From positions 62,001 to 126,000 of IMG/VR virus record IMGVR_UViG_3300020473_001965: a stretch of DNA of 64,000 nucleotides; one strand, written 5' to 3'. Positions 9,196 to 18,572 of the stretch are shown here, in pieces. Made by a program: the position numbers and the translations under genes. Position 1 is the first letter of the stretch. Each line of letters opens with the position of its first letter. The notes under the pieces were generated by a model. That model searched no databases. It was not told the origin of the DNA and saw only the letters and a program-made list of their open reading frames with translations.

Positions 9196-9794
9196 TGTAG
9201 TGCCAAAATCTTCTTCTTAATAGTCTTCTTAATCCCAGGATTAATTTGCTCCACGTGAGGCATCATAACATGACGAATATAGTTTCGACGATATCTCGTA
9301 TCCACGTTGGTTACATCTTCTACAAATGGGACGCCCTTCCTCGTGCACCACTTGATCAAGTCATCCTTATCTGTAGAAAGAAAAGGCCTGATGTACTGAT
9401 CACGCTTGTGTGGTATTAAGAACGGATTGCCATTGAGGCTTGTAAAGATCCAGTTCTCCACTACATCGCCCAGATGGTGTGCGGTGATGATTGGTAGGTT
9501 AGTTGTGGTTTCAAACCAATCATATCTTTTTTTTCTCCACCAGGCTTCAGATGAAACACCTTCGGGCATCAGGTCTGTATTCCACCCAAACTTGCTCTGA
9601 AGGTTATGCTTGTCTGCGTATTCTTTTACTAGCTGTGTTGCTTTGTCTGCGTGCGCACCGGTGCCATGATTAAAATGCAAAACAGTTACTTCTCGTGTTC
9701 TACGAAGAAAGTCAAGAACTGCCATCGAATCGACGCCGCCGCTAACAGCGATCGATACTTTTTGTGGAACAGCGCCTAAAATTCGAATCATCAC
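9192..9794 (-). CDS. tilS: tRNA(Ile)-lysidine synthase-like PP-loop ATPase (N-terminal domain only)
   Basis: SGGVDS, HFNHG, TAHHLGD..E, IRPFL, D.TN....YRRNYIRH. Confidence 0.8.
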   Translation of the reverse strand: MMIRILGAVPQKVSIAVSGGVDSMAVLDFLRRTREVTVLHFNHGTGAHADKATQLVKEYADKHNLQSKFGWNTDLMPEGVSSEAWWRKKRYDWFETTTNLPIITAHHLGDVVENWIFTSLNGNPFLIPHKRDQYIRPFLSTDKDDLIKWCTRKGVPFVEDVTNVDTRYRRNYIRHVMMPHVEQINPGIKKTIKKKILALQ

Positions 9795-9810
9795 TTATCT
9801 CCTAGTTTAT

Positions 9811-9839
9811 ATTCTAACACACTATGCAGTGTTTTACAC
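9811..9839 (-). promoter_or_regulatory. Class I promoter GTGTAA-N17-TAGAAT
   Basis: Read directly from sequence, upstream of tilS. Confidence 0.6.
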
Positions 9840-10029
9840 TAGAAGTTAGTCTGGGTGCACAGGGTTATAGTAGCCGCCGCGGCGCCTACGAGCCATCTGC
9901 TCATATGACAGTATCGTTATTGCGATAATAGAAACACCGAAAGCTAACAAGTCCATGGCATTTTTTTTAATCTTTCGCTTACACATTATATTATTTTATA
10001 CTGCGTAGATTGATAGTGTATAAATCTCA

Positions 10030-10245
10030 CTAGACTGAAGAGATCACATGAATCTGTGACGCTTCGTCATCCAATTGAAGTGTGCAGAAAACGTCATCTG
10101 TAGAGAGTACTGTGACTTTATCACTGTCTATGTCAAGAACTATCCCTTGCTTTGGTTGAACATTCATCTCAATCATGACGCGTTCTTTGAGCGGGTTGTA
10201 CACAGTGTAGCTTCCTGAAAACACTACTAGATCTCCCTTGTTCAC
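10030..10245 (-). CDS. Small SH3-like protein
   Basis: MNKGDLVVF...GIVLDI. Confidence 0.55.
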   Translation of the reverse strand: MNKGDLVVFSGSYTVYNPLKERVMIEMNVQPKQGIVLDIDSDKVTVLSTDDVFCTLQLDDEASQIHVISSV

Positions 10246-10424
10246 TGGTACACCTCAAACTTGTGCCGGTCAGCACTGTCAAAGATTACTTCTCTCACAC
10301 CATTGATATCTCTTTGAGCGCTCACTCTAAACTGGAACCCTTCATCGACAAAACAATAGACTAGCTCACCCAATTCAAACGTGTTTGTTTTAGCTATTAC
10401 CCTAAGAACTTTTCCAGCATACAT
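10242..10424 (-). CDS. Hypothetical protein
   Basis: ORF overlapping the next start by 4 nt. Confidence 0.5.
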   Translation of the reverse strand: MYAGKVLRVIAKTNTFELGELVYCFVDEGFQFRVSAQRDINGVREVIFDSADRHKFEVYQ

Positions 10425-10440
10425 CTTCCACCACTATTAA

Positions 10441-10466
10441 TGTGACGGGCCCGAAGGCCCGTCACA
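10441..10466 (-). terminator. Hairpin terminator after hsp20
   Basis: TGTGACGGGCC-cgaa-GGCCCGTCACA perfect 11-bp stem (TTCG loop on the minus strand), 7 nt after the stop. Confidence 0.75.
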
Positions 10467-10473
10467 AATAACT

Positions 10474-10956
10474 CTAAGCAATCTCAATTTTTCTTGTTTT
10501 CGGTTCCGAGTTGTCAGGTACTACCTTTGGAATCTCCAAGGATAGAATACCGCTTTCAAATCCTGCGGAAATCTTCTTACTATCTAGATTGTCGTTTAGA
10601 GTAAAACTACGTCTAAATGAAGACCTCTTGATCTCTCTCTTTACATATTGAGAATCTGTGACACCTTCATTCTGATTGCTTGTTCCTACAATTGACAACA
10701 CCCCGTCTGTTACTTCAACGTTAATATCTTCTTTAGATAGGCCTGGAATTGCAGCTTCAATTAAAATATGGTCTTCGTGATTTATCACATTTACTTTAGG
10801 GTAGCTCCCCTTGGAAAAGAACTCATCCCCAAACTCCCGATGAAATGCCGGGAACATGTCTGTTAACATATCGTCAAATAGACGATCAAATGGAGTTAAA
10901 AACTCCCTCTTGGTCAGAGAACGTGGATTAACACGTCTACGAATAATTGCACTCAT
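10474..10956 (-). CDS. Small heat-shock protein Hsp20/alpha-crystallin
   Basis: YPKVNV, AIPGLSKEDINVEV.DGVL, F.RSFTL, A.FESGIL.LEIPK. Confidence 0.92.
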   Translation of the reverse strand: MSAIIRRRVNPRSLTKREFLTPFDRLFDDMLTDMFPAFHREFGDEFFSKGSYPKVNVINHEDHILIEAAIPGLSKEDINVEVTDGVLSIVGTSNQNEGVTDSQYVKREIKRSSFRRSFTLNDNLDSKKISAGFESGILSLEIPKVVPDNSEPKTRKIEIA

Positions 10957-11033
10957 GATTTATCTCCTATGTTTATGCTTACCTGAAATCAGTGTAAGTG
11001 CCGGTTGTTCACTAGTGATCCAACCGTAATATT

Positions 11034-11062
11034 AATATAAACACAGGAGTAGGGTTGTACAC
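11034..11062 (-). promoter_or_regulatory. Class I promoter GTGTAC-N17-TATATT
   Basis: Upstream of hsp20. Confidence 0.55.
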
Positions 11063-11071
11063 CCCCTTAAT

Positions 11072-11695
11072 TTAACTTTTTTGATATGGTGCGTTCAATA
11101 AGCTGTCTACAACATCCTGAAGGTGTACTTTGATCGCATCGTAAACAAGTGAGCGTGCTTCATCATGAAAGCTTGCCTCACCAGGCCCGCCTAAATCTTC
11201 AGCTGCAACCTGAAGGACCGGTATCATCGCATCGCGAAGTGCTGCCTTATTCTCTTCACCAAACAGCGGGGCAATTGCATCAGAGAGTGCTTGAGTGTGC
11301 TGCGCTCGCAAGACGCTGAGACCTCCTTCGGGCACAGCCATGTGGCTTATCTCTTCCTTAATAATCTGTCTAAGCTGTCGTCTTGTAATTTTGATTGTTG
11401 ACTCTGTGTATCTTTCAATCCTTTTTCCTGACGGTATGGACTCTGGTTCCATATCAGCCAGCGAGTCTAAACTATAAGGAATGTTTGCTCTGCTTCCTGG
11501 ACCTCCGGTAATCATGTCTAATATGTCGTCAAGCTCATCTTGATTATAGGCAATTTCAGATTGAGCCCTACCGTTTAAATCATATCCCACCACAATGGGA
11601 AATTCAGCATCAGCAATGTTCTTCCCAAGATTATGCCTTGGATGTGCCATTTCTTCTTCAATAATCTTTCTAAGCCGGGATTTTGTAATTTTCAT
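11072..11695 (-). CDS. Leader-tagged protein with two leader copies
   Basis: MKITKSRLRKIIEEE and internal IKITRRQLRQIIKEE. Confidence 0.75.
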   Translation of the reverse strand: MKITKSRLRKIIEEEMAHPRHNLGKNIADAEFPIVVGYDLNGRAQSEIAYNQDELDDILDMITGGPGSRANIPYSLDSLADMEPESIPSGKRIERYTESTIKITRRQLRQIIKEEISHMAVPEGGLSVLRAQHTQALSDAIAPLFGEENKAALRDAMIPVLQVAAEDLGGPGEASFHDEARSLVYDAIKVHLQDVVDSLLNAPYQKS

Positions 11696-11839
11696 TTTAT
11701 TTTCTCGCGGTGGTCTTTACTCATATCTAAAATCTCATGAATCATTATCGATCGTTTAATCATTGTCTCTAAAATTATTTGAACAACCCTTACTTTCAGC
11801 ATCTTCTGCATAGAAATATATATTACCGAGCCCTGAATT

Positions 11840-12550
11840 ATGCAGCACATCAAAGACCTTAATGTAGAAAGAATAAGAGTTATTACAGTTGCGAAGGTCG
11901 CTAGTTCCGCATTCTCTCACTCTCTCAGTGACAAATATAAGACTAGTCATGGACACTCACTAGCGCTTCTTAAAAAGTGTCTAGAAGAAGAAGAAAACAC
12001 TCTTGTCATCTCAGGCATTAGAAATCCTCTTGCGAGAAATCTATCATACTTTTTCCAAACGTATTCAGACGTCGGGCGCAATGATGTAAAATGCAAGTCA
12101 AATAAATACAAGGGTGAAAAGTGCTATGTTATGGAAAAAGATAAAATATTAAGTTTAAGCACAGAAGAGGTCGTCCAAAAATTCTTTGATCAAAAATGGC
12201 ACAACACTTTTAATGATTGGTTTGAAGAGTTTTTTGAAATCACAGATATCGATGTAGTCTCATTTGATAAAGAATCTGGGTATCAGCTCTACTCACTAGA
12301 CAATAACAACTGGATTCTATTCTATACTTTTGAAATGTTTTCAAAGAACAAGTCAAAATTTGAGAGATTCTTTGATATTAAAAGACTCGCGCACACAAAC
12401 AATGCAGACAAGAGAATTTATGGCGAAGTATATAGAAGCGTAAAAGCATCAATTAAATTCCCTAAGTCATACAAACAAAAGTTACTCAACACAGAAATTA
12501 TCAATCGATTCTACAGTAAAAGTGATATTCAGAAGTTCTGGGCCATGTGA
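11840..12550 (+). CDS. Putative capsular-polysaccharide-synthesis (NKWYS-like) / sulfotransferase-fold protein
   Basis: AKVASS..., IRNPLARNLSYFFQ, WFEE; plus-strand gene inside a minus-strand array. Confidence 0.55.
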   Translation: MQHIKDLNVERIRVITVAKVASSAFSHSLSDKYKTSHGHSLALLKKCLEEEENTLVISGIRNPLARNLSYFFQTYSDVGRNDVKCKSNKYKGEKCYVMEKDKILSLSTEEVVQKFFDQKWHNTFNDWFEEFFEITDIDVVSFDKESGYQLYSLDNNNWILFYTFEMFSKNKSKFERFFDIKRLAHTNNADKRIYGEVYRSVKASIKFPKSYKQKLLNTEIINRFYSKSDIQKFWAM

Positions 12551-12753
12551 TGAAATTTAAAATTTCTGATCACGCTCTAGCAGTTCCTGACATGCAAGTA
12601 GGTGATCTTGTCAAGATAGGTCGCATCGGCAAAGAATACGGCTTGATCCTCAGCATTCATGACTCGAAAAGCATTATTCAAGTATACTGGCCAGAAAGCA
12701 ATGAAATAGGCTGGGAGAAATGCGTTAGAATGATTGTTGTATCTAGAGCCTAA
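12547..12753 (+). CDS. Small SH3-like protein
   Basis: QVGDLVKI...YGLIL...VYWP. Confidence 0.5.
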   Translation: MMKFKISDHALAVPDMQVGDLVKIGRIGKEYGLILSIHDSKSIIQVYWPESNEIGWEKCVRMIVVSRA

Positions 12754-14744
12754 ACAGGCTTAAGATCAGCCAGTTCTTTGATTGCTTCAAGAATCACATC
12801 TCGAACGAGGCCTTTTCTCATAACACCCTCGACTTGTGTCTCGCCAGAGGCTTCTACAGCCGTTGACTGCAATTCTTTTACAGCAGATTTCAGGTCTTTT
12901 ATTCTATCATTTATCTGGTCTATCTTGTCTGGGTCTTCTTCTGCATCGATTTGACTGAGCAGGTCTTGTATCTCTTTGTTTGCTGATGCTACATTGTCTG
13001 TTACTACAGCTTCAATGTCCACGGGTGTTTCGTTGATTACATTTGTTAGCAAAGCTGCGAGATCGCTCTTTCTTATCTTAATGTTTTCTCTTACGTCGTT
13101 TGCGACAGGACGACCAAGACTCGGAGAATAAGCACTCAAGGCGTAATCAGAAGCAGTCACTCCTGCGCGCCAGGCATCCCATGGGCCACCGTAATCATCA
13201 CTTGACATGTCAGCAGGCATCTTATCAACAACTTCATAATTCAAAGCTTTTGCAAGGTCCCTACTCCACTGTCCGAACCCAGAGGCTTCAATGTCTGCCA
13301 TTTGGGCGTCAACGTCGTAAGAGCCTTCTTTTAGGTTTTTTGTAAGTTCGGCGACACGTGTCTTTACCGCTGAAAGAAAACCTGACGACGAGCCACCTAT
13401 TTCATCGCTGGGAATCGGTGTTAAGCCAGAGCCTATGTCAGGCCCCCACATTTCGCCAGAAACCCAAGGACTGCCCGTCCACTTAAACTGATACGGCTTC
13501 GACGCTCCTGGGAGCGTTACTATGAACCCGATGTATTTGCCTTCTTCGTACGGGTTGTAAGAAGTCATCTTTCTTTTGTAGCCGCTCTGAGTCACCTTTA
13601 TTCCTGAAAGTGCTTCTCGCACTTCAGTCACCTGATCGTCTGTTACGGACATTAAGCTTGCAGCCGGACCTGACCATTCGAGGCCTCGACCAGAAATACC
13701 CCAACCCTTAGATTGCCAACCGCCCTGGTTGAGAATTTCTTTGGCTTCTCGGGGTGCTGAAGCTCTACTCTGCCTTGCGATGGTTTTGGCGCCATGATAT
13801 CTTTGTGCTCTTCGTCTGTCTGGGTGTAGATTGTCATCCCAGTCTCCTGACATCGCTTCACGAATCATCTGGAGCAATTCACCCTTAGAGACAGTCCGGA
13901 CTGCACCTTCTGTTGTTTTGCTCTTAGATTGAAATGGTCCGCGGAGATCTGTATTAATATCGCGCCATAGATCAACATCATCGTCAAGCCCCTCCCGATG
14001 GCGGACATACCACTCGGAGTCGGGATCTGAATACGGCTCTAACTCTTCAGGTGTAGATCTTCGCCACTTCGGATTGTCTGCAAGCCACATGACAAAGTCG
14101 GCTTCAAAAACATCTTCACCATAGATTTCTCCAGTAAGCGAATCCACGATATCTCTCATCCCATGTTTTTGAGACAAGCGTTCTGCAGACGCTTCTAGGT
14201 CTGTAACTTTCTGGGTCCATGACTCGTAAACACGCTTTACTTGATCGTCATATCCCCAAACAAGCCTGTTATATTCTGGCCCTCGGGTGAGAATCTTTCC
14301 TTCAAACCCGGGTCGTCCATTCTTAATATCGTCTTCTTTAAATTCAACTTCTACGCGGTGGCGTGTGCCGGAGTTGTCGACAAAGAGGATTTCGTCGCCC
14401 ACTTTATAGCTTACGTCTTGGTGCCCGTATCTGGTGAGCGCGCTCTCTCTGATGTGATTCTGTTGCGCCTGCCTTATAAGATTGCCTGCCAGGCCTTGTG
14501 CAAATTCGTGGGCTGACGCGAGCGGCTTAGCGTGGTAGTGTGGTGCGCCGTAGCCGCTGCTTTTATTGTCCGCTACGATCGCTGATGCATCTTCTTTTGT
14601 GTAAAGCCCTGCTACTCCGCTAGGGGTGCTAGGGTCAGGGTCTCCAAAGACAGGGCTACCGTCATTTCTAGAATCTCGCATGCGAGGCCACAGACTCTGC
14701 TGGCCTCGTCCAAAGTTTGCAATAACTACATAAAGGTCGTCCAT
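12750..14744 (-). CDS. Multi-module polyprotein-like protein with internal leader-like helices
   Basis: VSKGELLQMIREAM, ENIKIRKSDLAALLTNVINE, VMRKGLVRDVILEAIKE; internal SH3-like YKVGDEILF module. Confidence 0.65.
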   Translation of the reverse strand: MDDLYVVIANFGRGQQSLWPRMRDSRNDGSPVFGDPDPSTPSGVAGLYTKEDASAIVADNKSSGYGAPHYHAKPLASAHEFAQGLAGNLIRQAQQNHIRESALTRYGHQDVSYKVGDEILFVDNSGTRHRVEVEFKEDDIKNGRPGFEGKILTRGPEYNRLVWGYDDQVKRVYESWTQKVTDLEASAERLSQKHGMRDIVDSLTGEIYGEDVFEADFVMWLADNPKWRRSTPEELEPYSDPDSEWYVRHREGLDDDVDLWRDINTDLRGPFQSKSKTTEGAVRTVSKGELLQMIREAMSGDWDDNLHPDRRRAQRYHGAKTIARQSRASAPREAKEILNQGGWQSKGWGISGRGLEWSGPAASLMSVTDDQVTEVREALSGIKVTQSGYKRKMTSYNPYEEGKYIGFIVTLPGASKPYQFKWTGSPWVSGEMWGPDIGSGLTPIPSDEIGGSSSGFLSAVKTRVAELTKNLKEGSYDVDAQMADIEASGFGQWSRDLAKALNYEVVDKMPADMSSDDYGGPWDAWRAGVTASDYALSAYSPSLGRPVANDVRENIKIRKSDLAALLTNVINETPVDIEAVVTDNVASANKEIQDLLSQIDAEEDPDKIDQINDRIKDLKSAVKELQSTAVEASGETQVEGVMRKGLVRDVILEAIKELADLKPV

Positions 14745-14754
14745 GTCTTACTCC

Positions 14755-15540
14755 CTAATTTGAAAATGGTACGTAGAGGTTTGTGTTTAACTTGTAGCCT
14801 CCGGCTTCCACATCTGCTTTAGCTTCTGCGTACGAAACAGATCGTGTAGCATCTTCAGCACCTCCAGCGCTTTCTGGAATGTAGACGGCTGCGTGTCGAG
14901 CGCCGCTCTTTGGAATGACAATTATTACACCGTTATTTTGATTGTATTGCATGGGCCCGATGTTTCCGTCACGTTCCTGCTTAAGCAGCCACTCAAGATC
15001 GCTCTCTCTTCCCGGAATTGGTATACCAGAAACTGTTACAAATCCGCGCGGGATTCGAAACTCATTGAGAAGTTGAATCTCTTCTTTAATAATCTGTTGT
15101 AGTTTTGCTTTGGTTATCTTCATGGTGTTCTCCATTGGACCGGCAGGAGGTGCTGCAGTTGGTGGAACTTGAATCGTTGCGCCGCTCATGTCAGAATGAG
15201 CTGTTTGGAAGCTTACGAACTGCGGGTGCTGCTTAAACATTCCCTTGATCACGTCCTTGATCAGCTGGCCCTGTTGCATCATCTCATCTTGAGTGTATCC
15301 CAGGCTTGATAACCACTCTAACAATTGAGGCTCACTTCTGCTTTTCTTCATAGCATTAAAGACAATGTAAAGCCCCATGTCGACTTGGCTTGACCATTCA
15401 AGCTCTGCAGCCCCGTATCGAGGTGCTGATTTTCCAGGTACCGGTGATAGTTCGTTGTGTATTTGATGAACCCGTTCAGATAGCACGCGGCTCAACTCTT
15501 CTTTAATAATCTGTCTTAATTTGTTTTTTGTGATTTTCAT
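14755..15540 (-). CDS. Leader-tagged protein, two leader copies
   Basis: MKITKNKLRQIIKEELSRVLSE (start re-called to 15540); internal MKITKAKLQQIIKEEIQLLNE. Confidence 0.75.
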   Translation of the reverse strand: MKITKNKLRQIIKEELSRVLSERVHQIHNELSPVPGKSAPRYGAAELEWSSQVDMGLYIVFNAMKKSRSEPQLLEWLSSLGYTQDEMMQQGQLIKDVIKGMFKQHPQFVSFQTAHSDMSGATIQVPPTAAPPAGPMENTMKITKAKLQQIIKEEIQLLNEFRIPRGFVTVSGIPIPGRESDLEWLLKQERDGNIGPMQYNQNNGVIIVIPKSGARHAAVYIPESAGGAEDATRSVSYAEAKADVEAGGYKLNTNLYVPFSN

Positions 15541-15556
15541 TTTGCTTCCTTTGACC

Positions 15557-16627
15557 TTAATCATACATTGGGGGTGTGTGTCTGACTGGTGCCCGCTTCT
15601 TGCGTGGCTTGGCACCATAAGCATAAAGCACATCTTCAATTTGTTTTAGAGTAAATCCTGCACGTTGTGCTTGATCGGCTGTAATATTACCATAGTCGGT
15701 GCCGCCGTCCTTGTATTCAATATTAATGTTACTTGGCTCGCCACCCTTGCGACGGACCTGATACGTTATCTTCTTGATATCATCCTTAGCTATGTAATCC
15801 ATTGTCAGTGAATTGCCGATAACTTCTCTTTCTCCTGGGTTTGGGTCCGCTTGATGCGCTGCATCCATGTCGGCACCACGCTGGTTCATCCAGGCAGACT
15901 CAAGATCTCTCATGAACTTACGTACTTTGTCAAGATCCCAGTTATCTGGAACGACAGCATCTTGAGAAAAAGACCCGTCGTTCCGACCTACCTTGTTTAC
16001 CCATCCGTTCATTGCGTCAAGGTCTAAGTCAAGATTCTCGTAGTTAACCATTTCATCAGCAAGCGCACCTTGAATGTCATTCGTAAGTGCATAGTTTGCA
16101 ACCCTGTTCATGGTATCCAGATCTTCATAAGGGTTTACCATAATTGGAAGCATTTTGCGCTCGCTGAGTATGGCTTCGCGTATAATTCTTCTAAGCTGTG
16201 ACTTCTTGATTCTCATCTTTCCCTCTGTGGCTGGAGGTAAATCATAGTCTGGTAGACCATGATCACCTGATTCTTGCCACTCACCTTTTCCATTCCAAAA
16301 TCCTGATGGATCTGCATCGGCAGGTGGTGGTCGTTCATGCCAGCCTTCTTGTTTAATGAGTGCTAATAGTTCGCTGTCATGCATCCACTCAGTTTTAGCA
16401 CCAGGATTTGCTCCGAAAACAACAAGAACGTTTGCACCCGGAGGGACTGGATCACCAAGGTCTATTGCGGCACTCACTGTCTCAGGCGAAGCTATGTCAT
16501 TGATATATCGAACTTCTCCGTCACGCGTGAATGTAACATTCCGCCAAGCAAAATGATCTTCAACCCAAGTGGGCACAGATACCACCTCTTGAATTATTCG
16601 CCTGAGCTGTGACCTCTTGATTCTCAC
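15557..16627 (-). CDS. Leader-tagged protein, two leader copies
   Basis: MRIKRSQLRRIIQEV; internal MRIKKSQLRRIIREAILSE. Confidence 0.75.
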   Translation of the reverse strand: MRIKRSQLRRIIQEVVSVPTWVEDHFAWRNVTFTRDGEVRYINDIASPETVSAAIDLGDPVPPGANVLVVFGANPGAKTEWMHDSELLALIKQEGWHERPPPADADPSGFWNGKGEWQESGDHGLPDYDLPPATEGKMRIKKSQLRRIIREAILSERKMLPIMVNPYEDLDTMNRVANYALTNDIQGALADEMVNYENLDLDLDAMNGWVNKVGRNDGSFSQDAVVPDNWDLDKVRKFMRDLESAWMNQRGADMDAAHQADPNPGEREVIGNSLTMDYIAKDDIKKITYQVRRKGGEPSNINIEYKDGGTDYGNITADQAQRAGFTLKQIEDVLYAYGAKPRKKRAPVRHTPPMYD

Positions 16628-16770
16628 TGTGATAAACTCCCTATGAATCCCATTACCATTACTACAACAAATACTGTTAATGGTATCATTGCTGCTGCCA
16701 TCATACCTAAATCTTTTGGTGTGACTCCTCGATGATCCATCCAGTCTTTGAGTTTTTTTATTGGCTTCAT
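16624..16770 (-). CDS. 48-aa membrane protein (below ORF-track cutoff)
   Basis: MKPIKKLKDW...MIPLTVFVVVMVMGFIG; 4-nt overlaps on both sides. Confidence 0.55.
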   Translation of the reverse strand: MKPIKKLKDWMDHRGVTPKDLGMMAAAMIPLTVFVVVMVMGFIGSLSQ

Positions 16771-16892
16771 TTCTTCTTGTCCTTGTTTTTCTTGACAGGG
16801 ACGGGCTGAAGCGCTGGCTGCAATCCCAGCAAAGCTGCTAGATCATCAATAAATTCGCTCACCTTGGCTCGAATGTCATCAAAGATTTTCAT
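16767..16892 (-). CDS. 41-aa hypothetical protein (below ORF-track cutoff)
   Basis: MKIFDDIRAKVSEFIDDLAALLGLQPALQPVPVKKNKDKKK*. Confidence 0.5.
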   Translation of the reverse strand: MKIFDDIRAKVSEFIDDLAALLGLQPALQPVPVKKNKDKKK

Positions 16893-16897
16893 TTTAT

Positions 16898-17296
16898 CTA
16901 GCCTGTTGTTGTTGCGTACACACTGTAAATGTCGTACTGATCTAAATCACCGATTTGCTGTATAAGCGCAGGGTTGCGGCCGCGCTCTATCGCGGATTGG
17001 ACGTTTCCTCTCACTCCTGGATCAGAAAGGTCAAGCAGTGTTACTGCCCTAAACATGTCTTCGGGTGTGATTGATGGTGCACCCTTTGGCACAAATTCCA
17101 ACCAAGCTCTGTCCCGAGGATGAATTCTTCTTCCATCGAATGTGGTAGTACCGCCTGTTCCAACCTTCCCGTGATAAGGGCCTGAGAGAGCGTCATCCAA
17201 ATAAGAATCGGATTCACTGAGGCCTTTTCTTTCACTCAGAAATCTTGAGACTTCCTCTTTTATAATCTGCTGAATTCTTGATTTAGCTATTTTCAT
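16898..17296 (-). CDS. Leader-tagged protein
   Basis: MKIAKSRIQQIIKEEVSRFLSE. Confidence 0.75.
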   Translation of the reverse strand: MKIAKSRIQQIIKEEVSRFLSERKGLSESDSYLDDALSGPYHGKVGTGGTTTFDGRRIHPRDRAWLEFVPKGAPSITPEDMFRAVTLLDLSDPGVRGNVQSAIERGRNPALIQQIGDLDQYDIYSVYATTTG

Positions 17297-17580
17297 TTTA
17301 AGGCCTTGGCGTCGTCGAGCTGACCTCGCTCGACTGTTGCTGTTAGATCCTCAATGAATTCATATGCAGCCGCTCGGCGATCGCCGGGATCGCGTATCGA
17401 CATAAGAGCATTGATCACATCTTTCATAGCAGTACCCAAATCGTCTTCTTCGTACTCATACTCCTTGAGCATTTCTTGACGCTCAGCATTTGAGCCAAAC
17501 TCTTTCTTGCTGGTCTGCCTGTTAAGTTTTGCAGCTTCCTCAGCAACAATTCTTTTAAGTTGTTTCTTGGTAATTTTCAT
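17293..17580 (-). CDS. Leader-tagged protein
   Basis: MKITKKQLKRIVAEE...MLKE. Confidence 0.75.
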   Translation of the reverse strand: MKITKKQLKRIVAEEAAKLNRQTSKKEFGSNAERQEMLKEYEYEEDDLGTAMKDVINALMSIRDPGDRRAAAYEFIEDLTATVERGQLDDAKALK

Positions 17581-17589
17581 TTTTATCCT

Positions 17590-17850
17590 CTACAATCTAA
17601 TGTTTCTTAGTCTTCTGTCCCTGACTATTGCTGCAGGTAGTTCTCCTAGCTCGAGATCTCTCTTTACTTGTGTCAGCTGTTCGGGGAAGAGTCGACCCTT
17701 GTCGACTTCGAACTCTACTTGACGCAGGAGTTCTGCCTTTTGTCGCTCAATCTCAGCGTTTTCACTAAGAGCATTAAGCACTTGCAGCTCTTCTCTTACT
17801 ATTTGACGAAGCTTTTTCTCTGTTAGTTTCACTATCTTCCTCGCTGCCAA
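17590..17850 (-). CDS. Leader-tagged protein
   Basis: VKLTEKKLRQIVREELQVLNALSE. Confidence 0.7.
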   Translation of the reverse strand: MAARKIVKLTEKKLRQIVREELQVLNALSENAEIERQKAELLRQVEFEVDKGRLFPEQLTQVKRDLELGELPAAIVRDRRLRNIRL

Positions 17851-18083
17851 GAATAGGCGAACCCATGCTTGCTAAAAAATGCGTTGAGCACCTCATCCAA
17901 CTCGGTTTCAAAGCCTACCGGAAGCAGACCGTGCTTGAGATCAGATTCAATGTTTACACTCAAGGTGTGCATTCCGCCGGCTGAGGGCCACATTCTAGCA
18001 GATGCTGTGCTGTTCGATTCGTTTAAAATCTTTTTCTGCTCTTCTTGGATGATTCTTCTGAGTTGTGACTTTTTGATTTTCAT
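17832..18083 (-). CDS. Leader-tagged protein
   Basis: MKIKKSQLRRIIQEEQKKILNE. Confidence 0.75.
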   Translation of the reverse strand: MKIKKSQLRRIIQEEQKKILNESNSTASARMWPSAGGMHTLSVNIESDLKHGLLPVGFETELDEVLNAFFSKHGFAYSWQRGR

Positions 18084-18089
18084 GATATC

Positions 18090-18290
18090 CTACTTTGCTG
18101 TTTGCGCTTGAGACAGCATCGCTGCTAGACGGTCTAGCTTTTTTCCTATGTCTGTTTCTTCGCCTACATCGTCAACTAGGCTAAACAGTTCCTGTCTTAC
18201 CTTTTCTATTATTTCATTCTTTTTTGACTCTGCCAACCGATCCTTCTCTTCTTGGATGATTCTTCTGAGTTGTGACTTCTTGATTCTCAT
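18090..18290 (-). CDS. Leader-tagged protein
   Basis: MRIKKSQLRRIIQEEKDRLAE; start re-called to 18290. Confidence 0.75.
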   Translation of the reverse strand: MRIKKSQLRRIIQEEKDRLAESKKNEIIEKVRQELFSLVDDVGEETDIGKKLDRLAAMLSQAQTAK

Positions 18291-18571
18291 TTTCTCTCCC
18301 AAGCTCCTCTTGAAGCTAAGTTTACTAGGGCAGGGATCACTTTGCCCCTCACGTACTCAAGTGCGTCTTGATAAACGTCATCGCCGTACAAGCCCGTGTC
18401 AAAGTTCTTCTGATCACTCTTGACGGCGCCGTCTTCAATCATCACTTCAACAATCTCATCGACGAGCTGTGCTACGCTGTGGTAGTCGGGACCAGCTTCG
18501 ACGCGAGCTTCCTGAAGGTTGGCAGCTTCTTCTTTGATTATCTGTCTAAGTTGTTTCTTTGTAATTTTCAT
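18287..18571 (-). CDS. Leader-tagged protein
   Basis: MKITKKQLRQIIKEEAANLQE. Confidence 0.75.
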   Translation of the reverse strand: MKITKKQLRQIIKEEAANLQEARVEAGPDYHSVAQLVDEIVEVMIEDGAVKSDQKNFDTGLYGDDVYQDALEYVRGKVIPALVNLASRGAWERK

Positions 18572-18572
18572 T

